From: Nemertoderma westbladi
Taxonomy: Eukaryota; Animalia; Xenacoelomorpha
Assembly: GCA_032718475.1 (NCBI GenBank)
Contig: JAUCBJ010008307.1
Coordinates: forward strand, 1 to 43,943
DNA length: 43,943 nt
Reading direction: 5' to 3'
The notes beneath the pieces are model-generated. The model saw only the letters and a program-made list of their open reading frames with translations. It was not told the origin of the DNA and did no database searches. The position numbers were made by a program, and so were the translations under genes. This document shows positions 1 to 11,827 of the stretch, one piece after another. Numbering within the stretch: the first letter of the stretch is position 1; each line of letters starts with the position of its first letter.

Positions 1-181
1 AATAAAATTAAACCGTCGAACCCAATCTCCCGGGAATATCCAGCGGGTGAATGGTCGCGCACGGATTGGTTTCGACTAGTGTAGTGAATCAAATACTTGT
101 CATAGGCTAAAAAGCGATTTAATATCTAGAAGACATCTTAATTTGGCGGGTTAAACTGCCAAAGGTCTGAAAGCGCGAACA
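1..181 (+). mobile_element. 3' end of an LTR of the same BEL/Pao family as 9937-23164 (variant B); solo LTR or 3' LTR
   Basis: Matches 22985-23164 and ends in the same ...GAAAGCGCGAACA. No TGG primer-binding site follows. Confidence 0.9.
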
Positions 182-431
182 TAGCTGATGTTTTAATAAT
201 ATGTACTGGTATACAGGCTAGTAACAGATAGGAGGGCTTCGACTTTGACTATGAATACCAGTACATATCCCTAAACTTTTCTCACCGAGCTTAGCGTTGC
301 CCGCTGCACACATTCACTCTCATAAGTAACAGATGCGCTACTGTAGCTCACTCGTGCGATGATTAGCTAGCTAGCTACTGTCTCTGGGTATACTATGCAT
401 ACTTGGGTGTTACAAGCAATCGCTCTACCAA

Positions 432-528
<97 letters not shown>
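432..528. repeat. (AGTT)n tetranucleotide microsatellite, about 24 copies
   Basis: Perfect repeat seen directly. Confidence 0.97.
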
Positions 529-676
529 ATTTCCCCAACTAGTTGTTGATTTAAAAAATATTCATAAATTTCTTCTCCCTCAATTTAATATATATATATA
601 TACCGGTATATATTTTACAGTAAAAAATCTCCACCACCAAACAACAACAATAAATTTCACTCTCTCTAATTATATT

Positions 677-1165
677 TTACATCAAAAACCCACCACCAAA
701 CAATAATAAATTATTAACCAGTTTGTTGAATATAGGATAATATATATGAAATTTAAACGGAGAACACATTAATGTACATTTACCAGTATAGAAGCAGCAA
801 ACAACAATAATATTATTTATTCTGACTTTACAGTTATTGAATATTTCAGGGTCGTATGAAATTTCTAGTTTAACATTATCAAATATAACATAAAACCCGA
901 TATTGTTTATAAGTAACCTATAGATTACGGTGTCGATACTAAAAATATAAGTACACAAATTGATAGATTTAAAAATCAAATTAATGTTTGTTTTTTTGAA
1001 TATATGCTTTTTCACTTTATTAAAATTATATTTTCTACCGAGAATTGTTATTCGTCCATTTGTAAACATTAATATGGTTGCACCAAATACCTTATTTATA
1101 AACTGATTAGGTTTGAGTACAATTTTACCTGTCAATTGATTTTTTAATTCTTTTAAATTAATCAT
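677..1165 (-). CDS. TATA-binding-protein (TBP)-like protein, divergent, element-encoded
   Basis: Two-repeat pattern. INLKEL...ATILMFTNGRITILG resembles TBP LDLKTI...TTALIFSSGKMVCTG. ISYDPEIF...IVVCCFYTGKCTLM resembles SSYEPELF...IVLLIFVSGKVVLT. 162 aa is close to a bare TBP core. Confidence 0.7.
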   Translation of the reverse strand: MINLKELKNQLTGKIVLKPNQFINKVFGATILMFTNGRITILGRKYNFNKVKKHIFKKTNINLIFKSINLCTYIFSIDTVIYRLLINNIGFYVIFDNVKLEISYDPEIFNNCKVRINNIIVVCCFYTGKCTLMCSPFKFHIYYPIFNKLVNNLLLFGGGFLM

Positions 1166-1191
1166 AAATGATCTGCTTACAACTTATATTT

Positions 1192-4100
1192 TTATTTACT
1201 ATTTGATAATTCATCATCATCATCATCACCTTTCGGTTCTTCATAAATTGGTATATTTGATATTTTTATAGGTTTTTTGAGGTTTGTTTTATAGTGCACC
1301 CAAGGAAGTGATTGATTTTTATTAACCCAATAAAGTTTATCATCAAAGCTACTGAGTGCAAATTTATTTTGCTTTAAGGTATAAATACGATGTAATTTAG
1401 ATTGAAATCTGTGTATGTTTTTTTTTATTTCTTCATTTGAGTTATATGCTTTTAAATATTCTTCATGTGTAATATTCATTTCCACAACAGCTCTTGTAAT
1501 ACCTTTTGCTCTACGAATATTTTTGTTATTCCATTCCAAAATTGAATATAATTTTGGTCTTAAAAATACTGCTTGTTTAATTTCACGTGAGGCTAGTTCA
1601 TCTTTACAGTAATAAAGTCTCGATTTATTTTTATTACTATAAAGCGGGTGATCCTTGGGGTAATTGGATATATCTAAAATATTATTTTTAATTAATGCTT
1701 TTAAAAAATTATTCTGCGATGTATTATAATAACAACCTATTAATGAGTCTGTATCTGATGCGGCAATTTCAATAAGGCAGTTTAATTCTTTCTCAATAGG
1801 TAGCAATTTATCGTAGTACAGCTCATACATATCAAGTTTAGCCAAATCCAACACGGCGCTACCAATAAATATAGGCTTATCGAGAGTTATAGAGTCTTTC
1901 ACTAATAAATGTCCTGATAATGTATTATTGTATATTATAAATTTTTCATGATTAATACGATTCACCAATTGGTCACATTTATCATTGCTATTTGCGATAC
2001 GAAAATTACATCGGTCCCGTATCTTTTCTATTGACTTACCGAATAAAGAGTTATTAAGAAGCTTCGCGACAGCCGTTTCAATGTAACTTTTTGCTAGTCG
2101 CCTTTGATTAATATTAAAATCTATGTAATTTTTAAATACAAATTCTTGTTGAAAAGAATATTTATGTAGTTTAGTAACAATTAATCCTTGTTTTATATAA
2201 AATTTTAACAGTTTCAAATGTAAATGATAAAATTCTTTATCAAATTGTGTCAGCAAGAGTTTTGGTGTAGACATCTTATATTTACTGGAGGTACCTCTTT
2301 GTATCTATAAGTTATTAAATTGTTCCCTCATATAAGGTGAAAGCATTGATTCATTTATACTTAAATGCTCTGGGGCTAACGGTAATTGTAATGTTTGATC
2401 GTGAATTGCTTTGGGGTAATTTAAATCACATATTAAAAAATATCCAGTAGATCCGTCATTGTCTAAATCTACCAAGTACTCGATTAGTTTTTCTGGAATT
2501 TCATTCTCTAAATGTTTAATACTTACTTCTTTGAATTGTGAGGTGGGTAGTTTTTTACTTAAATTCCCAGAATATAAAGAGTTGAAATCAATATTAAAAA
2601 TATGGCATTCTTCCTTAGTAGACTCATATGTACTTGTTTCGGGTATATTTGATTCTATATAATGCTTTTGACAAAATGAAACACCACCCCTAATTGATTT
2701 TTCAAAATCTCTATATGTCTGATAATCCTTTATTAATTCTATTTTACATTTATTATATTTTAGAGGGCAATCATAGGTAAATGACGCAATACTACAGTAA
2801 AAAACCACTTCTAAATCGTAATTTTGTTTACAAACATTCCTAAAATTCTCAAATATATCAGCAAGCAAACAAACATCGAGTTTTAAATAGGCTAAAAGAT
2901 AATCTTTGAGATTCACACAGTCAAATTCTACCCATGATAATCCTGCAAACCTATAATCTTCAATTGTACATGTTTTTTGACTTAAGTTACTAAAAAAATT
3001 ATTTATAGATCGTAAACCAGTATCATTAAATTTATTTATATCTGTCTAGTACTCGTATGGAAATACTCCTTTCCGATTAATTGTTGAGTTATTCAAGTTT
3101 GGATAAAAATATTTCATTTCTTGTAGAGTAATAGGTAAAATTGAGCTTATATCATGACTCGCTACATCCTTTGTTGAACACTCAACTAAATTACTTAGGG
3201 AAAAGCTTAAAAATTGATATGTGTCTAAGACACATAACTCAATTTTATTAGAAGTGTTTTTAATTGGGATAAATGCACTCAGTGAAATATATCATTCTGT
3301 ATTTCTCGGTATAACCTTTATATCCCAATCCGTGTATTTCTTATCTCTAAATCTGGTTTGTAATATACAATGTATATCGTAATTATTGGCATTGTGCCCG
3401 CAAAGTACATACAGGTATCGTTTCAATGATAAACTCCGGTTACAACTATTACAAGATGCTGCAATATATTTACCTGTAATATGTGAATGATGTCTGTTTT
3501 TCCCTACATTATTATTTAAAGTAACATTACAATAGAAACAAAATTTTGTCTGTTCAAAATTTACAAAATCAATATTAGTAAATAATATAGTTTTATGGGT
3601 GTATATTTCTGACCAACAACATAATTCAGTTAAATCATTATATAATGAATCTAAGAAATCTTGAATACAATTATTATTATTTGACTTTACGAATGTTTTC
3701 AAATGACATTTTGGAGGATCAATTAATTCACTATTGGGAACAATTAAATAACTCACAGCACACGGTATATGCTCCTGTATAAATTGATTATTAACTGAGG
3801 GTTGTAAGATACATTCTATATCAAAGTAGGTGACAAACAATGGGGATAAGGTTCTATCTAAATTTGTAAAACTAATGTGTGTTCTTTTTTTATTAGGTAG
3901 TTTCTCTCGTTGACTTCTTCCTTGGTAGCAGGCGAGACGGTGTCGATGAAGAACTTCCGCTCGAAAAAAATGACCCAAACACCTTTCACAATATTTCCTA
4001 TTGTGGATATGAAGAGCTCTCGTATTCAGCAATCGATTCAAGTTAGTTATGCAAACATAATGATTCAGTTTAGGTACATTGTTATTTTTTACTACAAGTA

Positions 4101-5225
4101 ATATATTTAATAACTCTTTATCTGGTGTAATTTTACTAAACGGTGGTTGTCTTAATATAGATACAGGGGTGTGTTTGTTGTTGTTATTCCAACATAGTAA
4201 ATTAATTATTTAATTAATTAAGTTTAATCGCTAGCTGCCACTCTGTTGGATAATCATTTTTCCCGTTGTCAAAAATGAAATGACTCATATAATTTTTGTA
4301 CTGCGAAGTACGGTTTTTGTTGTTTTTCACTTTGCTACTAAATTTTGCGGCTATAATAGCCCATTTGAAACAGTCATTATCAGCCGATTGTATATTTATA
4401 ACACATCGTTTACTCGATAGAACCTTAGGTAATTCCATATATCCATGCCCCTTATATAGTAACGACCTACACTTAGATTCAGCTAATTTAATTTCAACTC
4501 TTAATAAAGATTTAATACGCCACCCCGAACCACGTGTGTTAAAGATGGCTATTTTTTGTAATATATTTTGCACCACATACTCAAACCATGTGTCAAAACT
4601 TTGTGATGAATCTACAGTATTAATAGCACCACCGGAAGAATTAAAATAAAAGGTTTCTAATTGCTCGCCTTCTGAAAAATGTGATCTGTACATTTAGACC
4701 TAACCACAGTCTAAGAACATTCATTTCTTTCAATCTGTCTAATATTAACTGAAGAATATTACCTCGAATTTGCGCTAATGCTGTTTCTACATCTGGATAA
4801 TCTATAGAAGTTGGGAGTTCGTGGACATAAATTTCAAGACGATTATCGTGAGCTTCTTGTTCCCTCGTAAAAATTGTTGTGCATGTACCAAGAGCCACCC
4901 TTAAGTTTTTTCTGGATATTATATTCTTATGTTGCGAAAATTTACGCTTTCTTGTGTAGTAACATTTCAAGTGACAGTCGTGTCGTAAATAATCGTCATA
5001 TGTATACTCTTTATTACAGGTAGAACAAGTCAATTGATAGGTGCGGAACTCCATTTCTTTACAACCAGTAGTTGTAAAATGTCGTTTACAAATTTCGCTG
5101 CATGAAGTCACGACATGACACTTTAAACAAGAATAACCTTCAAAATGTGAGCGTAGGTGGCGTAAATAATTATGTCTAGTTACATTCATATGACAGAATG
5201 AACAACATATTGTTATTTTATCCAT
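1192..5225 (-). pseudogene. Protein-primed family B DNA polymerase (Polinton type), disrupted
   Basis: Motifs in order: N-terminal C2H2-like fingers, GSGW, VINIQSADNDCFKWAI, ExoI YFDIE, endonuclease VII-like HSHITGKYIAASCNSCN, ExoII HNANNYD, RKGVFPYEY, ExoIII YLKLDVCLLADIFENFR, DFNSLY, KLLNNSLFGK, SDTDSL, PKLY and KGI. In-frame stops at 3292, ~3047 and 2305; frame disruptions near 4680, 4210-4040 and ~2940. Confidence 0.95.
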
Positions 5226-5415
5226 GTTGAAGTTTGTTTAGATAAATAATAATAATAATAAAATATCTCCAAAAATTAAAATAAAATGAAATGATATGAT
5301 ATTGACTACATCTAAACATTTATATGCTAGCGAGTGAAATAATTTTAAACCAATCACCAATCACCAATCGCTTATGGGTATTGGAAACCTTAAAGGGTTT
5401 AACTTATGATCAGGT

Positions 5416-6480
5416 TTACATGTTAGAATAATAATCTGGTTTCCATGGAGAATTAGTAACTGGATCTACTGGAACTAGGTTACCACCAACTTTCTGTTTC
5501 TTTGCAGGTGATGCGTTGGTTAATTTACTCGATGATCTTGGCTTCCGAGGTAATATTTCGGGAAAGACCTGTTGCGGTTGAGAGCAACTCTCTTCAACAT
5601 TCGGATTAGGTGATGGGATCTCTATGAATGCTTTAGGCTTATCCAAAAGAACAAAACCATCTACATTAGCTTCAGTAAGAGAAACACCATCCATTGCCTC
5701 TTTGAGAAAACTAATATGGGCTTTATCATTCAAGTAATGCAACTCAATAGAATTTCCGCCTGTGTCGACTTCAGTAGAATTATTGGTGTTGGTGATAATA
5801 ATTTTTTTATTATTGGTTTTAATCATTTTGAGACGGTCTGATAATTGAATGATATTTTTATCAAAAAGATGCTTGTCTGTTTCATCGATTTGGGTGTCCC
5901 ACTCTCGCAACAAAACGGTTAGTTCCTGATTTGACAAATTGAAACCTGTATAATAGTTAAAACCAACACTATCAGCGTATCTGAGGCCGATTTTCCATAA
6001 GCCAACATAGTTGGTTCCTTTAAAAGCTGTTACAAATCCAATAAACTCTGGATTTGATAATTCAATGTAGAATTGTTCGTTAATAATCTCTAGCGGTGGA
6101 GAGAGAAATTGCAATAATTTCCCTCTGTATTGAATTAGAACTTCAGTAAAAGCTTTGTTGAGAACTTTACATTTGCCTTGTTTCTGAACGTAAACATCAC
6201 CCGACGTAGGGTTGATAGAAATATTCAAATTTCCTCACGCAAAACGAAGAGCGGCATATATCCTACCTGGTATAATTGTTGGTCTGGATTGATGTTGGTT
6301 GTTGTTGGTTGTTTCTAGAATGTCTAGCAAATAGCGGGTATCTTGATAGGAAAAACAAATTAATTCGTTGTCCTCCTGAGATTCCACAATAAAATACTTG
6401 CTGTGAACGACGGTACAAGTATATTTATTGTAAGTAAATTTCCAGCTATTTGTTGCTCCGGTTTTTTGCGTTAAGGCCAT
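5416..6480 (-). pseudogene. Single ~354-codon ORF with one internal TGA; PC4-like ssDNA-binding/coactivator repeats plus a basic, Pro-rich tail
   Basis: ORFs 6235-6480 and 5416-6228 are in the same frame, separated by TGA (LRFA*GNLNI). FVTAFKGTNYVGLW...TGFNLSNQELTVL resembles PC4 VSVRDFKGKVLIDIR...KGISLNPEQWSQL. A further GVSLTEA copy and an NLS-like PAKKQK are present. Confidence 0.5.
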
Positions 6481-6534
6481 AATAATAATAAATACGAAAA
6501 ATATTACAAGTGATAAATTTTAAACCATATCGCT

Positions 6535-6934
6535 GTAATAAATTGACACCATAGTTCTCACTCTAAAATTGTGATGGTCGGAAAACGACACCAGATAAAA
6601 TGATAGTGACTCACTCATTGGAGTTGTAAAACCAGTAAAAAAAAATTGGTAAAACAATAGAGAAGATACGAGATCGCATTTCTCATTGCTATTAGTAATA
6701 CGGAAATTACAACGATTCTAATAGCAATGAGAAATGTGATCTCGTCTCTTCTCTATTGTTTTACCAATTTTTTTTACTGGTTTTACAACTCCAATGTCGG
6801 AATCAATATCATTTATGAGGTGTTGTTTTCCGACCAACGAATATACAACGAGTAAGATAATGAAGAAATTATTAAGGAAATAACACAATTTCAGATTGAG
6901 AACAAAAAAATTAGATATGGTATCAATATATTAC
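6535..6934. repeat. Long imperfect inverted repeat (fold-back) flanked by 21-bp direct repeats
   Basis: Core arms ~6575-6694 and ~6717-6836, outer arms 6535-6572 and ~6887-6934. ATTACAAGTGAT(A/G)AATTTTAA lies at 6503-6523 and 6942-6962. Confidence 0.92.
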
Positions 6935-6999
6935 CATGAAGATTACAAGTGATGAATTTTAATAAAAACATTCAGTTATATAATAATTTCTGAATATGT

Positions 7000-7901
7000 G
7001 ATGTGGCATAATCAACGTTGAATAAGAAAAGAGATGGGATGTGGCATAATCAACGACGAATAAGAAAAGAGATGGGATGCAATGTGGATGAATGGTTGGT
7101 TGGTTGGTTGGTTGCGTGGGTAGGAAATACGTGTACGAATATGAATCATTGGGTTATGCGTAATAATAATAATAATAATCAATAATTATAATAAAAACGC
7201 GCAGAATAATGTTAGTAGCCTTTCAATATGGTACAGTTGCTGTGGGTTAGGTTAGGTTGAGTAACTATGGAAATGCGAGAACGTGTACGTGACGCGTAGC
7301 GGAATTTCATATATCATACTGGTGTTGGTTGGTTGGTTGGTTTGGTGACAGCAGTCGAGTAGCTCTAGCGGTGGGTAAATCGATGAGTTGGCAATCGATA
7401 TAATATAATAGCGTGGCGTGGCGTGGTATATGCGTGGTGTGCGTAGATGGCCACGTCGTCCGTGACTGACTCTATCGTTGTCATCATATACAGTATGTGG
7501 TAGCGAGGCGAAAAGGAGTAACCGGAGGGCTAGGCAAGCATCGCTGTTGGTTGGTTGGTTGGTAGGTAACAGCAGTCGAGTAGCGATGGGTAGGTGTGGG
7601 GGCTAGCCATGCATCGTGAGGTTAGGCTACGCGAAGATGAATATCAATGATTGGTTGATGCAACGACGCGAATCAATACTGACGGTTGGTAACAGCAGTC
7701 GAGTAAGGCATGCATCGCGAGGTTAGGCTACGCGTAGGTGAATATCGATTATGCAACGACGCGAATCAATACTGACAGTGGCAGATGGTCATTAAACACC
7801 GCTTTTAACACCGGAATTTAGCATTTTGAATAGTCCTCCGAGATATCTCCCATAGACTAAGCTAGGGAGGCGGTGTGGAGGGACCCTCTTCCTCTACTAC
7901 T
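7000..7901. repeat. Putative Polinton terminal (TIR) region with internal direct repeats
   Basis: Duplicated 39-bp unit (7000-7078), (GGTT)n runs, ACAGCAGTCGAGTA x3, a duplicated ~70-bp unit (7608-7684 and 7709-7776), then the ACTACT end. Confidence 0.65.
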
Positions 7902-8000
7902 CACATATTCACAGAAAAAATACCAACTCAATATAATATTCTCACATTATATATAACTCAACTCAACTCAACTCAACTCAATAACAACAATATAACTCAC

Positions 8001-8219
8001 ATTGTGATTGTAATTCCATTGGTGTTTTGGTTGTTTATTCATACAATGTTCTATAACAGGTCGGTTATTGTTGATCTCCAAACAATCTCGCACACTACGA
8101 ATCCCCCCTCCCTTAGTGACGGCCCAGAATTGGCCGTTACCTTTACCATGGCAACGGGAAGGTTGTGGGTGGGTCGAGTTCGATATATCCAAACAAAAGG
8201 ATGTCTCATTGTGTACCAA
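8001..8219 (-). CDS. GALNT: GALNT coding exon 9 (ricin-B lectin alpha/beta repeats)
   Basis: LVHNETSFCLD...CHGKGNGQFW...CLE...HQW; CAG acceptor, GTGAGT donor, phase 0/0. Confidence 0.9.
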
Positions 8220-8384
8220 CTGAAAGATTAGCATAATTAACAAAATTAAGGTGAATTATTTAAATTTAAATCGAAAGTTAATATTTATTTTGCACCACAT
8301 TTCACTTTTTTAGTCTTAAATCGCACACTAACCTGCAAACAGACCCCATTCTGCAGGTGAACTGCCTTCTTGGTCTCCACAAGG

Positions 8385-8615
8385 TCGACACTAGAACAGA
8401 ACCGCCTCCGCTTTGAAGGATATTGTCCTCACCGTGAGGACCATCCTATGCACAATATTGTGTTTTTGCAGCCCCCATGGAGAAAATAAGCCTGATGGAC
8501 AGCCGATGACTTTCTTCTTAAAGGAAACTGGCCTTGAAGATTCGGATAATCTCGCGAAGTCATTGGGGATAGGGAGTTGTGAAGGCTCAATTTTGTGGAT
8601 AAGACTACTAGTATA
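8385..8615 (+). mobile_element. 3' fragment of the RTE-like LINE family seen at 41199-42660
   Basis: Aligns by eye with 42368-42590 (ACACTAGAACA.AA.CGCCTCCGCTTTG...CTGGCCTTGAAGAT). Confidence 0.85.
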
Positions 8616-8884
8616 GTACAGTAGGTGGAAGTACTGTAGTTAAGTAAGCTTAGAGATCGATATCCTTGCAACTTATACCTGTACGTTTTCCAAGAAAAAA
8701 ATAATTCGTATGATTTTCTATGGGAGACGTTTTCTCACACCGGGAGAAAAAATTGCGATCTTTTATGCTGAAACTTTGCCTAACGTTGAGGATATTAAAG
8801 TCATTAAGTCTATTTAAATTATCTCGGCTCCATACCATATTAATTATTTACCTAATTAATCCTATAACTAGATTAATAACTAAC

Positions 8885-9024
8885 CTCTCCCGTAAACTTA
8901 ACGATGACATTTAGCGGTGACTCAGGCCAGACATTCTCGAGAAACCATTGGAAACCTTTACAGTGAAGTCTTTCTCGTAATAGGATTCTCTCACTAATGT
9001 CTCCAACATCGATATCCCGAGCAG
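8885..9024 (-). CDS. GALNT: GALNT coding exon 8
   Basis: [34 protein letters not shown]; TAG acceptor, GTTAGT donor. Not in the ORF track. Confidence 0.92.
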
Positions 9025-9353
9025 CTAATACCACAATAAATCGAATTTAAAACAAACAAACATAGAAAATGCAAATTATTATGATAAGTTAAAACCTCAG
9101 ATTGGCCGCAAAAAGAGTCAGAATAAGTAAGAAGTATAGCAGAAAGTAAGTAATATAGTACGATTAGCAAAAGGGCTGACATGTTCGGACTTAATGTACT
9201 CTGCAGTTCTAATAAAGTCTCCCGTTAGAGGCAGACCAGGCAGCGGCTGAAATTGTGGACCCGGAAGTTAATCTGCCTATTCGAAGGCACCACGAACGTG
9301 CTCAAAGTTCCTACAGTAGACATTCTTACTTCCAATAAAAATATATTAACCAC

Positions 9354-9534
9354 CTGGGTTGAGTTGGTACCAGACATATTTCCATTCATCCAACCAAACT
9401 TCTGCAAATCTCTTGTTGTTTTTCGCCATTATCCGGTTGCTTTCTTCCGGGAAGGAATAAGGGAAGGCACTCCGGTACATGTGTCCCACGCGACTGCAAA
9501 CCACGTTAATCATACGTCCACCGCACTGCCACAC
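9354..9534 (-). CDS. GALNT: GALNT coding exon 7
   Basis: VWQCGG...CSRVGHMYR...PYSFP...RFAEVWLDEWK; CAG acceptor, GT donor. Confidence 0.93.
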
Positions 9535-9936
9535 CTGTAATAATAACCAAAAATATTTAAAAGACAAAACTGAAAACTAAATTAACATTGCAACACTACA
9601 ACATATTTCGGAAAGCCTTATTCAGATAGAAGAGTAAATCTATACAAGAGCAAACACCGAATGTAACCTTCCATCCCTATTATCACTTTTAACGGCAAGT
9701 TATTCTAAGAAGATCACACTCTCACGAATCGTTATTGGTGGACCTAAACTGATGGACCTAGAACATGATGAGTTTATTACTAGTTGTTATAAAACTAACT
9801 GCCTCAGTTTTCACCCAAAACACAACTTGATCCTAAGATACTTTAACATTGCAGAATAATTAATATTATGGTGCATTTTAATTTATACAAATTTTTACTA
9901 TAGTGCTGTGCTGTGCACATTTTATTTAATTGGCTA

Positions 9937-11151
9937 TGTAAAAGCTTTTGCGTAATTAGCCGGTTATTATCCCCGTAAAGTACTCTGTGGTTGGTTTACC
10001 AGGCATAAAAAGGCCGTGTCCTTGCTGTACTGGTGTTTTGGAGGACATAAAAGCCATTTCTTCTGTATTTGTACTTTAGAGGACATAATCTGCAATTTCA
10101 TGACGTAAAAAGCTCGATACTCTTGAAAACAGTGTCGCTACCATGACGACGGCTAACGGCTGATATTGCCACGTTGCCCCATAGCCCTGCTTTCTGTATC
10201 TGCCAATAGGATTTGAGTTGGTTTTGATTTTGACCTATCACAGATCTACTGAACTGAATTTCCTATCTGTATGCTCATTCTCTGTGGTGGGTGAGATCTT
10301 TGTAGAATAAGGGTAGCTGGTATTCTTATAGTTATTCTTATCAGTTTTTAGTGTTGTTGGTGATTCTAAGCCAGGAAGAACGGCTTTAGCCCTACACTAG
10401 TAGGCTTAATTATAAGGACATATATCCGTTATCTGCATTTATCACAACATAACATACCATACCTAATCAAACAACCTGTGCATACTTTTATATTGTTATA
10501 CTGCTATTTACTGTCAGTTCTTCATAATATGGTTGATGAATTATTATATTTGGAATAACGATAAATAACCCCGAAACCCAATATTCTTGATATACCGAAG
10601 GTAAGAGAGAAGGGTTACATATAACAATTGTGACTTATGTTAAAGTGGTTTGAAGTGAATCTAATGTTATTTGATAGACCCTACATGATTCGGTCCGTGT
10701 TCCTTTTATATGTGACTAAAATCAGTGAAGATCGGCAGATTAGTGTGCAGTATTGTGCAGCATTGTGTATGAGTGAGACTGATAACGAAGCATTTCCTAA
10801 AGAATGCGCCATATATGTGAATTGTAACTAAGCCATATCGTTGTGAATAGTTTAAGTCATAACTCTGTTTATATAGATAGAGCGCCACGTCCTAAAGGAA
10901 CTGTTAATATTCCCCGAAGGTGAATAATATTGTCAGAGATTATATAATACTGTCAGTCGAATAATACATTAGGCTTACATAGCAATACGATTAAGCCGTC
11001 GAACCCAATCTCCCGGGTATATCCAGCGGGTGAATGATCGCGCACCGATTGGTTTCGACTAGTGTAGTGAATCAAATACTTGTCAGAGGCTAAAAGCGAT
11101 TTATTATCTAGAAGACATCCTAATTTGGCGGGTTAAACTGCCAAAGGTCTG
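9937..11151 (+). repeat. 5' LTR, lacking the last ~12 bp
   Basis: Matches 21938-23152 with about three substitutions seen by eye. Confidence 0.95.
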
Positions 11152-11237
11152 GAATCACTGCAATTTCGTAATCACTGCTGACACACGGCTTTTAATAACT
11201 GCTGAAACTGCTAAAATTACCTGCTCAATCGATACTG

Positions 11238-11827
11238 TATACTGCTATTTGTTGTCGGTTATTCATTATATTTGTTGATGAATTATTATATTGGAATAAC
11301 GAGAAATAACCCCGAAACCCAATATTCTTGATATACCGAAGGTAAGAGAGAAAGGTTACAGATAAACGATTGTGACTTATGTTAAAGTGGTTTGAAGTGA
11401 ATCTAATGTTATTTGATAGACCCTACATGATTCAGTCTGTGTTCCTTTTATATGTGACTAAAATCAGTGAAGATTGGCAGATTAGTGTGCAGTATTGTGC
11501 AGCATTGTGTATGAGTGAGTCTGTTAAAGAAGCAATTCCTAAAGAATGCGCCATATATGTGAATTATAATTAAGCCATATCGTTGTGAGTAGTTTAAGTC
11601 ATAACTCTGTTTATATAGATAAAGCGCCACGTCCTAAAGGAACTGTTAATATTCCCGAAGGTGAATAATATTGTCAGAGATTATATGATACTGTCAGTCG
11701 AATAATACATTAGGCTTACATAGCAATAAAATTAAACCGTCGAACCCAATCTCCCGGGAATATCCAGCGGGTGAATGATCGCGCACAGATTGGTTTCGAC
11801 TAGTGTAGTGAATCAAATACTTGTCAT
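11238..11827 (+). repeat. Extra partial LTR copy (variant B)
   Basis: Repeats ~10498-11085 but shares diagnostic bases with the copy at 1-181 (AATAAAATTAAACC, CCCGGGAATATC, CTTGTCAT). Confidence 0.92.

Larger units (their letters stand above)
540..7901 (-). mobile_element. Polinton/Maverick-like element, partial and decayed; one terminus at 7901, left boundary uncertain
   Basis: Contains pPolB and compact, intron-less, co-oriented ORFs. The terminus reads 5'-AGTAGTAGAGG on the minus strand, the typical Polinton AGTAGT end, and adjoins a repeat-rich region. No integrase, ATPase, protease or capsid genes and no second TIR are in the window. Confidence 0.8.

Noticed and set aside
432-528. Telomeric repeat or chromosome end
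   Set aside because: The unit is TTAG, not TTAGG or TTAGGG, and it is internal.
1192-5225. Programmed frameshifting or readthrough giving a functional pPolB
   Set aside because: At least six heterogeneous lesions (TGA, TAG and indels) fit neutral decay better.
10637-10888. Small ORFs repeated three times (also at 11379 and 22638)
   Set aside because: They recur only because they lie within LTR copies; no protein motif.
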